A stretch of DNA of 64,000 nucleotides, taken from the IMG/VR virus record IMGVR_UViG_3300017814_000114, positions 1-64,000 of that record; one strand, 5' to 3'. How positions within the stretch are numbered: position 1 is the first letter of the stretch; each line of letters begins with the position of its first letter. The DNA is from a virus. Its lineage: Duplodnaviria > Caudoviricetes. Shown one piece after another: positions 10,049 to 19,721 of this stretch. The notes below the pieces were generated by a model that did no database searches, was not told where the DNA came from, and saw only the letters and a program-made list of their open reading frames with translations. A program made the translations under genes and the position numbers.

Positions 10049-11020
10049 ATGCCAAATTTTTCTGTAAACATTAACAGCGACGATCTCGCGAAAACCGCGA
10101 AAAAGTATCGCAAAGACTTTTTAATGATGCCGGTCATGGCATTATCAAGAAGTTTGCAATATATGAGTCTCAGACCAGGTATCCGTTACAGTGAAACGGT
10201 CGGCGAATTATCGGGAGACATACAATTCGGGCCATATTCGGAAACAAGGGAGGATAACAGCGAAGTCGTTGTTAATCCGAGAACGCTATACACGTTCTTC
10301 GGCTCGGTAGTGCGCAATTTCTCTCCCAACAAGATTTATCAATCCATGTGGGGCAGTGACATCACCAAAGGTGAAGGGCTCAAAGGTACCGAAATCACTC
10401 GTATGGTCGTCGCTTATCTGTCGGCTCAACTTGGTAAGAACCTTAACAATGTCTTGTTTACGGCTATCCGTAACGACAAAGGTGAGAATTCTACCGACCT
10501 GTTCGACGGTTTCGATACGATCGCGGCTAAAGAATTGGCTGCTAGTAAACTTTCAGCAGCTCTCGGTAATCTTATCACCATCGCAAAGATAGATAAGACA
10601 AATGCGGTAGACACCTTGAAGGCTATTTGCCAGGCTGCCGATGATATGCTTGCTGAAGAGGAGAGTCTGGAGCTTATCGTTCCGCGGCACGTGTTCTATG
10701 ACTATTGCGAGGATTACAAATCGACATCCGCTTCCGTTCCTTACAATAAGGAATATGAGAAATATTATGTGGAAGGCTTCGATAACGTTTCTATTGTTCC
10801 GATGTCGAATAAGAAAAATTCGCCATTTATCCAGTTGACCACTAAAAAGAACCTTCTCGTCGGTGTCAACCAAACCGGTGAAGAGGAAAACATCGAAGTC
10901 GCTCGATTCAAAGCCTTCGTACTTCAGTTTATCGCAACGATGTTCTTCGGGTGCGAATACGAATCCATCTCCAAAGAGAGAATTTTATTTGCCACAATCG
11001 ACGGGAAAACCGCCCTCTAA
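10049..11020 (+). CDS. Major capsid protein (probable)
   Basis: Follows the protease; 323 aa; DLFDGFDTI motif; start moved to ATG 10049. Confidence 0.7.
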   Translation: MPNFSVNINSDDLAKTAKKYRKDFLMMPVMALSRSLQYMSLRPGIRYSETVGELSGDIQFGPYSETREDNSEVVVNPRTLYTFFGSVVRNFSPNKIYQSMWGSDITKGEGLKGTEITRMVVAYLSAQLGKNLNNVLFTAIRNDKGENSTDLFDGFDTIAAKELAASKLSAALGNLITIAKIDKTNAVDTLKAICQAADDMLAEEESLELIVPRHVFYDYCEDYKSTSASVPYNKEYEKYYVEGFDNVSIVPMSNKKNSPFIQLTTKKNLLVGVNQTGEEENIEVARFKAFVLQFIATMFFGCEYESISKERILFATIDGKTAL

Positions 11021-11031
11021 AATCATAACTT

Positions 11032-11658
11032 ATGGCTGAATCTACACCAACTAAAAGCGCCTGCGCATCAATCGGCATCTACAACAGTGCCGACTGGTGT
11101 TCAGGACAAACCACTCTGCCAGGCGTTCGCCGCAGGGTGTACTTTATTCCCAAAGGGGATATTGTAACATGGCCGAAGCTGCCTGTCATAGCAGGTGCCA
11201 AGACAATGGAAGAAATCGCTTCTTACGTCGGCAACTTCGTACTGGCCGCCGACAAGAAATGGCTGCATATCGACGTGCTCGATACCAAGTCGAATGTCGA
11301 ATCCGATTCGCAGGGTGACAAACCTTCACGTACGTTCCTAAACAAACTGACATTGAAACATGCCGGCAAAGACGAAGCCGCTACGGGATTCTGCCGCCAG
11401 GCTAACAGCGACGAGCTGATCTATCTCGTTCAGCAACGTAACGGCAAGTTCCGCGTCGTAGGCTCCGAAGCTTTTGACACCGATACTAAGCCCACACAGA
11501 AGTCGGGTGAAGGCACTACCGGTGAATCGGGTACGGACCTTGCTGTCGAAGCGACAGACGTATGCCCCGCTCCTTTCTATCCAGGTAAAATCGAAACTGA
11601 AAGCGGCGACATTTCCGGTGTTGACGGTTCGGCATGGGTAGAGAAAACCGGATCATAA
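11032..11658 (+). CDS. Probable major tail tube protein
   Basis: Size, beta-rich, position; distant similarity to 56190..57206. Confidence 0.55.
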   Translation: MAESTPTKSACASIGIYNSADWCSGQTTLPGVRRRVYFIPKGDIVTWPKLPVIAGAKTMEEIASYVGNFVLAADKKWLHIDVLDTKSNVESDSQGDKPSRTFLNKLTLKHAGKDEAATGFCRQANSDELIYLVQQRNGKFRVVGSEAFDTDTKPTQKSGEGTTGESGTDLAVEATDVCPAPFYPGKIETESGDISGVDGSAWVEKTGS

Positions 11659-11746
11659 TTTCTTCATGGTATATTAATTTATTAGTAAAATGGTTGGGGG
11701 ACGGCACAAAGCATGCGCTGTCCCTCTTCGCTTAAAATAAAATGTT

Positions 11747-12655
11747 ATGGATAATCAATTGACTGAACAGATAAAGGCTTATCTTGATGCTAAGCCCGAA
11801 GATAGAAACATTCTCCAGGGTGCCGAAATGGTGCTTAAACTCAATCGCAATAAGATTTTGTATCAGAACATTGTGATGAAACCGCAAAAATTCGCAGACA
11901 AAGTCGTTTATGAATTGAATAAGTTCTATGCCATGCGCATGGAACAAAAGACGCTGGAGGATGTTGTACAGATGGACGCCACGGTTATTCCTTCGGCTGC
12001 CGATATTATATCGGAGCATGAAAACATTGCCGAAGGAACGGTCATTTCCACAGATGATGACAAACCGCAAACGGGCACGGTCGCCAACGGACGTCGCGCC
12101 GATCACAACGAACTGCCAGACGAGATCAAAGCGTTATGGGACAAAAACGGCGATATCTATTTCAAAATCAAAGAAACTTTTGAAGAGCTGAAGAAGATGA
12201 ACGCCGCACCGGCTTGCGACCGTTTTGAGAGACTCAATATTCTTTCGGAACTCGATAAGTCATACCGTTCGAATTTTGCAGCATACGACAGCTTCAAAAC
12301 AGATGAACAAAACTTCGACGAAATTCCTGCGGGTGATATTGATCCCGCCGACATTGTCAAAAAGGTCAATGCCGCACGCACGTATCTTTCAAAAAATAAA
12401 TCGAAATTGGCAGAACTGAAGGACTCCGATCCCGATGGTTATGCAAAACTGCTCGCTAAGGTCCAAGAGAAATACGACTACCTCGTTCATTCGAATAACA
12501 ATGTAGAACAAAGCCAGACCGATGAACTCGCCGCTCTGGGTGTTGTTACCGTTTCTACGGTTTCTTCTCCTGCCGATTCCGAAGCTGCCGTTCCGACTTC
12601 GGGTCAGGAAGAAGCCGCTCCGGAAATTACTGCGGAAAATGAACAAGCTAATTGA
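11747..12655 (+). CDS. Hypothetical helical protein, possible assembly chaperone
   Basis: Single-ORF counterpart of the split 57265..58241 pair. Confidence 0.55.
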   Translation: MDNQLTEQIKAYLDAKPEDRNILQGAEMVLKLNRNKILYQNIVMKPQKFADKVVYELNKFYAMRMEQKTLEDVVQMDATVIPSAADIISEHENIAEGTVISTDDDKPQTGTVANGRRADHNELPDEIKALWDKNGDIYFKIKETFEELKKMNAAPACDRFERLNILSELDKSYRSNFAAYDSFKTDEQNFDEIPAGDIDPADIVKKVNAARTYLSKNKSKLAELKDSDPDGYAKLLAKVQEKYDYLVHSNNNVEQSQTDELAALGVVTVSTVSSPADSEAAVPTSGQEEAAPEITAENEQAN

Positions 12656-13133
12656 TGAAGTATTGCGCCCGCTCTCGGATGCGCCTTTGCAGGCCTATCT
12701 TAACGAGCGGGTACAACTTTATGATATTATCGAAAAGATTCTTCTTGAAGTCGGAAAGGCGGATATTTACATATCGACGTTCTCGACTTCAGAGGAATTC
12801 CTTCGACGAATATTCAAACTAAGGACTGCCGGACTGATAAAGTCGGCCACGCTGCTTACCGACCTTAAAGCTTCACGTAAGACATTGAACCTTTATCAGT
12901 TCATTAGCAATGTGTTCGACTGGGTATATCTTTCCGAAAATCATTCCAAAGTTATTCTTATTGAAAATGCACATTGGTTTGTCTCTATCTGTACTTCACA
13001 GAATCAAACCAGGGGCAACCGCTACGAAAGCGGCATGATATCCACTGACCACGCCTTATACGTAGGTCTTTATAATCAGTTCACCAGTATTATTCACAAT
13101 AAAGCTATTTCGATTAATGACCTTCTCCGATGA
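12639..13133 (+). CDS. Phospholipase D-like (HxK) nuclease-domain protein
   Basis: NHSKVILI...TSQNQT...RYE; start at ATG 12639. Confidence 0.7.
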   Translation: MNKLIDEVLRPLSDAPLQAYLNERVQLYDIIEKILLEVGKADIYISTFSTSEEFLRRIFKLRTAGLIKSATLLTDLKASRKTLNLYQFISNVFDWVYLSENHSKVILIENAHWFVSICTSQNQTRGNRYESGMISTDHALYVGLYNQFTSIIHNKAISINDLLR

Positions 13134-13398
13134 AATGCTCAAACAGGTCGGCGATCTATCTGCCTCGCTGACGCCCATCTCTGAAATGGCGGTACTTCTC
13201 GACACAGATGTCGAAGCTCTTCGCGTTGCAATCAGAGACAAATCGACAACAGTATCGAAGGCGTACTATCGCGCAAAAGCTGAAACGAAGCTCAAACTCC
13301 GGAGACAGGAGATTGAGCTTGCCGGCGTCGGTTCTCCGCTAGCCGTTCAGCTGAGTAAGGAATATGTGCTTGAGATGGACTCAGACGAAGACATATAG
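13117..13398 (+). CDS. Small packaging-module protein (terminase small subunit-like HTH)
   Basis: Positional homologue of 59621..59953. Confidence 0.5.
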   Translation: MTFSDEMLKQVGDLSASLTPISEMAVLLDTDVEALRVAIRDKSTTVSKAYYRAKAETKLKLRRQEIELAGVGSPLAVQLSKEYVLEMDSDEDI

Positions 13399-13400
13399 CC

Positions 13401-14027
13401 ATGCCGGTACCAGCAACGATAGATGTATGCCGAAATTATCTCTTCGCCGACAGCGATAAGATGAAAGCTGAAGGTGTCCCGACGGTGATTCAAGAACGCT
13501 TGATTCGCCTTCGGGACATGTATAACTATTGGCTCCAATTTCCTCGCAAGAAAGATATGGAGATTGTGGACGAACTCGGCCGCAGATACGAAATATCCAA
13601 ATCGACTTGCTACGAAGATGTCCGCATTATCAAACAGCTGCTCGGAGACTTTAATCAATCGACGAAAGAATATCATCGGTTGAAGTTTTTACAAATGATC
13701 GAAGAAACTTTCGACGTCGCCAGGCGTGTCAAGGACGCTCGAGCTATGGCTGCCGCATCGAACTATTACGGCAAGTATAACAAGCTTGATAAGGAGGAAG
13801 CCGAAGACAAGGGTTATGATAAGATCGTCGTCCAACCTTTCGAGCCGACCGATGATCCGACAGTCATCGGCATCAAACCTATTCCTAATCTCCGGAATAA
13901 GATTAAATCAAAGATTGAACAATATTGGAGTGACGATATTGAAGACGTGGAATTCGAGGAGATTGAATTCGATGAAGAAAAACTATTCAAACAAGGGGGA
14001 CATCCGGATGAAACAGTATCTCAATGA
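13401..14027 (+). CDS. Probable terminase small subunit-like protein
   Basis: HTH-like RRYEISKSTCYED; directly upstream of the large terminase; homologue 59950..60600. Confidence 0.5.
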   Translation: MPVPATIDVCRNYLFADSDKMKAEGVPTVIQERLIRLRDMYNYWLQFPRKKDMEIVDELGRRYEISKSTCYEDVRIIKQLLGDFNQSTKEYHRLKFLQMIEETFDVARRVKDARAMAAASNYYGKYNKLDKEEAEDKGYDKIVVQPFEPTDDPTVIGIKPIPNLRNKIKSKIEQYWSDDIEDVEFEEIEFDEEKLFKQGGHPDETVSQ

Positions 14028-15615
14028 TCCGCAACAAGAAGTAATGTTCACCGGCGCCAAAGACACCGTCGTCGTCGGTGGACGTGGTATAGGCAAAGGC
14101 CCTATCCATGCGATGTGGAATTTACGGAACATGCAGCGCATGCCCGGTAGTATCACCGGTATTGTCGGTGCCAACGGCAAACGTGTTCTGACCAACACGT
14201 TGCCGTCCATGCTTATACACTGGGAGAACTGGGGCTTTCGGCGCGATCTTCATTGGTGTGTCGGTCACCGCCCGCCCAAGTCTTTCGGTTGGGGCGAGCC
14301 GTTGTTCGAACCCGAGAACTACGATAATATCATTTCTTTCTATAACGGGTCCATCGGTTATATCATCAGCCAGGACAGAAGCGGTACGTCCAACTCACAC
14401 AGCTATGACGCACTCGATATCGATGAAGCCAAGTTTATTGACTTCGAACAGTTGAAAGACGAAACGCTGCCTGCCAATCGAGGCAATAAGCAGCACTTCG
14501 GCCAACATTACTTTCACCATGGTATGTTGATTACTTCCGATATGCCGGTAACGAAGAAAGGCAGCTGGTTCCTCGAGTATGAAAAGAAATGTGATCCCGA
14601 ACTTATATCCACCATTCAAGGTATCATTTTTGAGATATGGAAATCCAAGAAACGTATCAACGAATTACGGACTTCCGGCAAGCCGGTACCCGATTATATG
14701 CGCTCCTATCTTCGAACGCTGAGTCGTGACCTCTGTCGGTTGCGCTCCGTTGCCGTGTTCTATAAGGAGTATTCGAGTATCTGGAATATGCAGGTACTTG
14801 GCGAGAAATATATCAGTGACATGAAGCGGGACCTTCCGCCGCTAACCTTTCAAACGGCTATTCTTTGCAAACGTATAGGCATCACACGCGACGGGTTCTA
14901 TTCGTCCATGCGCCCGCATCACAAATACCAGGCGACGAACTTCTCATATCTCGACAGTCTCGAGTATAAGTTCGATAAACTTCAGGATGATTGTAGCCTT
15001 GCCGATGCCGATGTGGACAGCTCCGCTCCTATCTGTGTGGCTTTCGACTTCAACGCCAATATCAATTGGCTCGTTGCAGGCCAACCGCAAGACGGTAAGC
15101 TGCGCATCTTGAAATCTTTCTTTGTGAAGTATGAACGCAAACTGCCCGAAGTAATAGCGGACTTCTGCAAATACTATCGTCATCAGAAACGCCGTAAGGT
15201 TGTGGTTTATTACGATAGTACGGCACTCGGCAGCAACTATGCCGTCAATACGCAAGACTTTGCCTGGGTTATCGAACATGAGTTTAAGAAACAGGGATGG
15301 GATGTGAAGATGGTCTACATTGGTAAGCCGATGGCACACATGGAGAAGTATTTGCTTATCAATCGAATGTTTGCAGGTCAATGTACGTTGGTTCCTTACT
15401 TCAATGAGCAGAACAACGAAGATTTGCTTATCTCCATTCAGACCGCAGGCGTATACAATGGTGGCAAGGATAAGCGGGGCGAGAAGTTGGCAGAGACTGA
15501 AGACGATAAGCTCGAGAGCAGAACGGACGGCTCCGATGCTTTCGATACGCTTTGTATTGGGTGTGAGAAATTCCCGCAGTATCATTTCAACCTGTTCGTT
15601 ACCTCTTCCATGTAG
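14008..15615 (+). CDS. Terminase large subunit
   Basis: GGRGIGKG Walker A, LDIDEA Walker B, AFDFN and DGSDAFD nuclease motifs; start at ATG 14008. Confidence 0.82.
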   Translation: MKQYLNDPQQEVMFTGAKDTVVVGGRGIGKGPIHAMWNLRNMQRMPGSITGIVGANGKRVLTNTLPSMLIHWENWGFRRDLHWCVGHRPPKSFGWGEPLFEPENYDNIISFYNGSIGYIISQDRSGTSNSHSYDALDIDEAKFIDFEQLKDETLPANRGNKQHFGQHYFHHGMLITSDMPVTKKGSWFLEYEKKCDPELISTIQGIIFEIWKSKKRINELRTSGKPVPDYMRSYLRTLSRDLCRLRSVAVFYKEYSSIWNMQVLGEKYISDMKRDLPPLTFQTAILCKRIGITRDGFYSSMRPHHKYQATNFSYLDSLEYKFDKLQDDCSLADADVDSSAPICVAFDFNANINWLVAGQPQDGKLRILKSFFVKYERKLPEVIADFCKYYRHQKRRKVVVYYDSTALGSNYAVNTQDFAWVIEHEFKKQGWDVKMVYIGKPMAHMEKYLLINRMFAGQCTLVPYFNEQNNEDLLISIQTAGVYNGGKDKRGEKLAETEDDKLESRTDGSDAFDTLCIGCEKFPQYHFNLFVTSSM

Positions 15616-15641
15616 GTTATTGCATCTTTCATTTTCTCATT

Positions 15642-15680
15642 ACCGCACTTCCGATGATCGGGGGTGCGGTCTTTTTTTTT
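15642..15680 (+). terminator. Terminator after terminase
   Basis: ACCGCAC...GTGCGGT plus T-tract. Confidence 0.75.
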
Positions 15681-16049
15681 GGTCGCACGTTTGGGGTTTA
15701 CCATGCGAATGTTAACACCTTTAACATATTCCGCATCGTTTTGAGGCGGTAATGAGATTTCTTGCATAGGGCGGTGGGGGCTCTGCTCCCTGACAAGCGC
15801 AAAATTTGCGCTTTTTTATTTTGTTAGTAGGTTGATATTTAGCACTTTAAGTTTTTGAGCGTCGGAATTTTGAAATTTTCTTGTGTATTTCGAGGTTGTT
15901 TTAAGCATTAATAGGCTCTTTCATAACCGTTTGAGCGCATCAAAAAAACACACACCACTCATCCTTTGCGAATAGTATAGCTCCTTTTTTAAAAAAAAAA
16001 TTCCGCTTCGCGCGATGGCTTGAAGCGGATTGTTTTTAGCCCTGATTAA

Positions 16050-16116
16050 AAAGTATTAAAACGAATACTTTTTTTCTCCAAAAGGTTGCATATAAGTATT
16101 AAAAGTAATACCTTTG
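16050..16116 (+). promoter_or_regulatory. hicAB promoter with two palindromic operators
   Basis: GTATT-N5-AATAC twice; TACCTTTG at 16109-16116. Confidence 0.65.
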
Positions 16117-16139
16117 TTGCGTCAAACGATAACAATACA

Positions 16140-16334
16140 ATGAAAGTTTATAAGGTAAAGGAAGTAATTAAGATGCTAGAAGCCGACGGATGGGTTAATA
16201 ACTATACCAAAGGCGACCATCGACAATTCACGCATCCGTCTAAAAAAGGGAAAGTTACCGTTAGAGGTAAACTAAGTGAAGAATTGAATCAATTTTTATT
16301 AAACAGTATTTGGAAACAAGCAGGATGGAAATAA
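16140..16334 (+). CDS. hicA: HicA-family mRNA interferase toxin
   Basis: LEADGW...KGDHRQFTHPSKKGKVTV...SIWKQAG. Confidence 0.92.
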   Translation: MKVYKVKEVIKMLEADGWVNNYTKGDHRQFTHPSKKGKVTVRGKLSEELNQFLLNSIWKQAGWK

Positions 16335-16358
16335 CTATTCTGTATAAAAAAATAAATT

Positions 16359-16769
16359 ATGGAAACAATAAAGGTATATATTGATTGGATCGATAAAAAT
16401 TTCGGGGCTACGTTAGAAGATAAAGTTCCTGGAGCTGTCGTGGTTACGGACAAAACTTTTGAAGGCATTAAAAATGCAATTGCGTCGACTCTTTCTTTCC
16501 ATATTGAAGGTATGATGAAAGATAAAGAAGAAGTCCCTTCTTGGCTCGTCAATGGCGAATACGTTTTCGAATATATCCTTACGACCGCCGCTCTACTCCA
16601 TCGCAGTGAGGAATATACTTCACTCGCTGCCATCTCCCGCGTTAGTGGTATCAATGAACAATTGTTAAGCCATTACGCTACGGGACTTAAAAAGCCTAGA
16701 GAAAAGCAACGCGAACGTATTATAACAGGATTGCATAAAATAGGTGAGGAATTTTTAAGCGTTGTGTAG
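16359..16769 (+). CDS. hicB: HicB-family antitoxin with C-terminal HTH
   Basis: NFGA...VPGAV...FHIEGM; GINEQLLSHYATGLKKPR; follows hicA. Confidence 0.85.
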   Translation: METIKVYIDWIDKNFGATLEDKVPGAVVVTDKTFEGIKNAIASTLSFHIEGMMKDKEEVPSWLVNGEYVFEYILTTAALLHRSEEYTSLAAISRVSGINEQLLSHYATGLKKPREKQRERIITGLHKIGEEFLSVV

Positions 16770-16799
16770 TTATCGTTTGACAACATAAAGACACAATGT

Positions 16800-16870
16800 A
16801 CGGCTGCCTTCCGCATATTTCACCTCTTCGGAGTTTGATCTAATATTTTGCTACACGGAACGACAGCCGT
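16800..16870 (+). ncRNA. C4/CI-like antisense RNA scaffold, copy B (orphan, behind hicB)
   Basis: ACGGCTGCCTTCCG...CTC-TTCG-GAG...ACACGGAACGACAGCCGT-TTTTCTGT; scaffold nearly identical to copy C, different unpaired segment. Confidence 0.65.
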
Positions 16871-16879
16871 TTTTCTGTT

Positions 16880-16950
16880 TATTTTAGTTTTTAGCTCCAA
16901 ATTAAAATAGTGATTTACGTTATTTTAATTTGGAGCTAAAAATTAAAATA
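16880..16950. repeat. 30-bp inverted repeat with 11-nt spacer
   Basis: TATTTTAGTTTTTAGCTCCAAATTAAAATA / TATTTTAATTTGGAGCTAAAAATTAAAATA, one G-T mismatch. Confidence 0.9.
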
Positions 16951-16975
16951 AGGGTGGAACAATAAGAATATAAAC

Positions 16976-17010
16976 GTCTTTTTATAAACACTATCCTTTT
17001 CTTTCCTTTG
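16976..17010 (+). promoter_or_regulatory. Late-type promoter GTCTTTT-N20-TTCCTTTG
   Basis: Fixed-spacing shared motif. Confidence 0.6.
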
Positions 17011-17023
17011 AACAAAAAAGGAA

Positions 17024-18055
17024 ATGATAGTAGTTACTAAAGACGTTGCCGATTACAATTTCTCTTCCGGTCTGCATGAGATTGCATTTACGACGAATCA
17101 ATCTTATGCCAAGTTCTCGCTACTTTGCGGAACGACTTCTATTCTTTCGGAAAAATACACTCCTGCAGGTGATGGGAGCATTGAAATTCTCGAGATAGAC
17201 CGGCTCATTGAACCATATCTTCGCAGTACTCTCATTGAATCGTTTTCATACACCATAGACGACGGAGATAAAAGTATAAGCCGAAGCTTCAAAGTGCAAT
17301 ATGCCGCTGCCGAATGTTTCTACTCGGCAGCCGATTTCAACGAAATGTATTTCCTCTCGACATTACTTGGCGACAGGTTGACCTCGCCAGGCTACCAAGA
17401 AGCACTTCATCTCATTTTAGTAAAGGCTACCGATGCCTTTGTAGACTGTTCCTATTGGGATGGTTCGACCATCAAATCGAAACGGGTCTCACTCGGTTCG
17501 TTATCGACGCTGAACAGCATCGTAACGCTTGATGTCTCACCCGACCAATTCAAAGATGAAACGATCGGGAAGTTGTTGCGCTATGCTGTTGTCGTTGGGA
17601 AGCGGGAACAAACTTACATTCTAACCGAAACGAAAGATGCCGCTCCGATACTGCTTTTTACAAATTCATTCGGATGCCAAGAATTTCTTTATTGTGTGGG
17701 AACAGTCAATCTCGAGCCCGAATTTACCCGTTCTACAGCTTATGAAAAGGGGTTGTTACGCAACTACGATATTGTCGAAAATCGGGTATTCAAAGCGAAT
17801 ACCGGTCCGCTATCTCCTGGAATGGCGAGTTGGACCGAAGATTTATTTCGTTCCAAAGAGATTTATTTAGTGGTCGGCGGTCTGCCGGGCAAAGAAATCA
17901 CTATCACACAGTCGACGTCGAAACGAAACAACGATCTCGACGACTTGCCTTCTTTTACGTTCGAATACCGATATGCACAACGCAATCACAATATTTTAGA
18001 GATTCCACGTGCCGGACGTGTATTCGATTTCACTTACGATAATACTTTTGAATGA
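17024..18055 (+). CDS. Probable structural protein
   Basis: FTNSFGCQE motif, beta-rich, first gene of the portal operon. Confidence 0.55.
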   Translation: MIVVTKDVADYNFSSGLHEIAFTTNQSYAKFSLLCGTTSILSEKYTPAGDGSIEILEIDRLIEPYLRSTLIESFSYTIDDGDKSISRSFKVQYAAAECFYSAADFNEMYFLSTLLGDRLTSPGYQEALHLILVKATDAFVDCSYWDGSTIKSKRVSLGSLSTLNSIVTLDVSPDQFKDETIGKLLRYAVVVGKREQTYILTETKDAAPILLFTNSFGCQEFLYCVGTVNLEPEFTRSTAYEKGLLRNYDIVENRVFKANTGPLSPGMASWTEDLFRSKEIYLVVGGLPGKEITITQSTSKRNNDLDDLPSFTFEYRYAQRNHNILEIPRAGRVFDFTYDNTFE

Positions 18056-18297
18056 TGGCTAAAAAATTGGTAATACACAAAAAGGATGCCCTGCGGATGC
18101 TCGAGACAGGACAACCGTGCGACCTCAAGGTCTGGAAATTGTCAACGGGCGATATCATCGAATACAAGGGAGTGCGCTGTGCCGGCTCCCATTGGCGGGG
18201 CGGTACTCACAAAATAGCAGTTCCTAGGTCTACCCTGCTACGGGAGTTTCGGGATATAACACTTTTTGAAATTAACGGTTTAGAAATATTCTTATGA
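18052..18297 (+). CDS. Small hypothetical protein upstream of portal
   Basis: Positional homologue of 62588..62902. Confidence 0.6.
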   Translation: MMAKKLVIHKKDALRMLETGQPCDLKVWKLSTGDIIEYKGVRCAGSHWRGGTHKIAVPRSTLLREFRDITLFEINGLEIFL

Positions 18298-19721
18298 GCA
18301 AAAAAGAGTTTAATAATAAGGGAACTTTGAATGAAGGGATGATGCCGAGCGAAATATTTTCAATCGGCACCGATAATGTCACGGCCGAAATGATCGCCGT
18401 TGAATCAAGTGCCGAAATTTTCGATGAAGATGCCGAAGAGATTCAATCGGTATCGATTCCGGGCAATCACCATTGGCGGTACATTCCTTTTGGATCGGAC
18501 AATCAACTGCCGTTCGAAATTATCCGCCTTATCGGTATTGACGAGGTGATGTCGCAAAACAAACTGTTCAATGTATTGACTTGTTTCGGGACAGGCCCCA
18601 AATACATGGATGCCAAATCGGGACAACAGACCAAAGACAAAGACATTCGCCGCTGGACGCTGCAAAACAACCTAGCGGCTTTCATGCTCGAGCAAGCCAC
18701 AGACATGAAATACTTTTTCTTCTGTGTCTCGGTCATTATCTTATCTCGGGACGGATCGCAGATTGTCACGCTCCGACATAAGGAGGCTTGTTATTGCAGA
18801 TTTGAGAGAGCAAACGAGAAAGGCAAAATCGAACATGTGTTTTATGCCAACTGGCGTAAATCTTTTGTTCGTGAAGAGGATATCGAATCGATCCGGTTGC
18901 TTGACGAACATGATCCGCTCGGTGATCTCGAGATCCTGATGGGACGGGCCCCGGGTATGGACGGAAAGAAAAGGATCAGAACTTCGGAACGGAAATTCGC
19001 CGTTCTCGTCCGTTTTCCAACTCCGGGTTGTCAATACTATCCTGTCCCCTATTATACGGCGATCTTTCGGGGAGATTGGTTCGATATCAAGCGTATGATC
19101 GGAATAGGTAAGAAATCGAAGCTGAAGAATCACGCTTCGGTGAAATACCAGGTCGAAGTACACAAAGATTATTGGATGAATCTTTGCGAGCAGGAACATA
19201 TTACCGATCCGGTTCAACAACTCGAGCGTATCAACAAGGAAAAAAAGAATATCAAAGATTTTGTTTCTGGTATCGAGAATAGCGGCAAGGTTTGGATAAC
19301 CGGGTATTATATCGATCCTAACGGCAAAGAGGTACGTATGGTTCGTGTTAATCAGATCGATACGACAAAAGAAGGTGGCGACTGGTCAGAGGATATTCAA
19401 GAGGCTTCTAACATTACTTGTTATGGCGACAACATTCATCCGAATCTTGTCGGTGCCACTCCGGGTAAATCACAGTCGAACAATAGCGGTAGCGACAAAC
19501 GCGAACTATTCACGTTGAAACAATCGCTCGAGATCGCTTTTCATGAACTCATGTATGCGCCGCATAATGTGGTAATCTATTATAACGGTTGGGAAGAAAA
19601 GGTATATCCTGATGTTCCGATCATCAAGTTAACCACACTTGATGAAAACACAGATGCGAAGCAAGTGAGCGTTAAATCGGGTAATAACAATAACAACAAC
19701 GACGATGAAAATAACGATTGA
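18294..19721 (+). CDS. Portal protein (probable)
   Basis: 475 aa; YYPVPYY, SGIENSGK, HPNLVG, SGSDKRE motifs; homologue from 62896. Confidence 0.7.
   Translation: MSKKEFNNKGTLNEGMMPSEIFSIGTDNVTAEMIAVESSAEIFDEDAEEIQSVSIPGNHHWRYIPFGSDNQLPFEIIRLIGIDEVMSQNKLFNVLTCFGTGPKYMDAKSGQQTKDKDIRRWTLQNNLAAFMLEQATDMKYFFFCVSVIILSRDGSQIVTLRHKEACYCRFERANEKGKIEHVFYANWRKSFVREEDIESIRLLDEHDPLGDLEILMGRAPGMDGKKRIRTSERKFAVLVRFPTPGCQYYPVPYYTAIFRGDWFDIKRMIGIGKKSKLKNHASVKYQVEVHKDYWMNLCEQEHITDPVQQLERINKEKKNIKDFVSGIENSGKVWITGYYIDPNGKEVRMVRVNQIDTTKEGGDWSEDIQEASNITCYGDNIHPNLVGATPGKSQSNNSGSDKRELFTLKQSLEIAFHELMYAPHNVVIYYNGWEEKVYPDVPIIKLTTLDENTDAKQVSVKSGNNNNNNDDENND

Noticed and set aside
13726-14007. Long N-terminal extensions in the ORF track (also 9959, 12522, 28033, 16086)
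   Set aside because: They overlap upstream genes or promoters in another frame; internal ATGs fit the operon structure better
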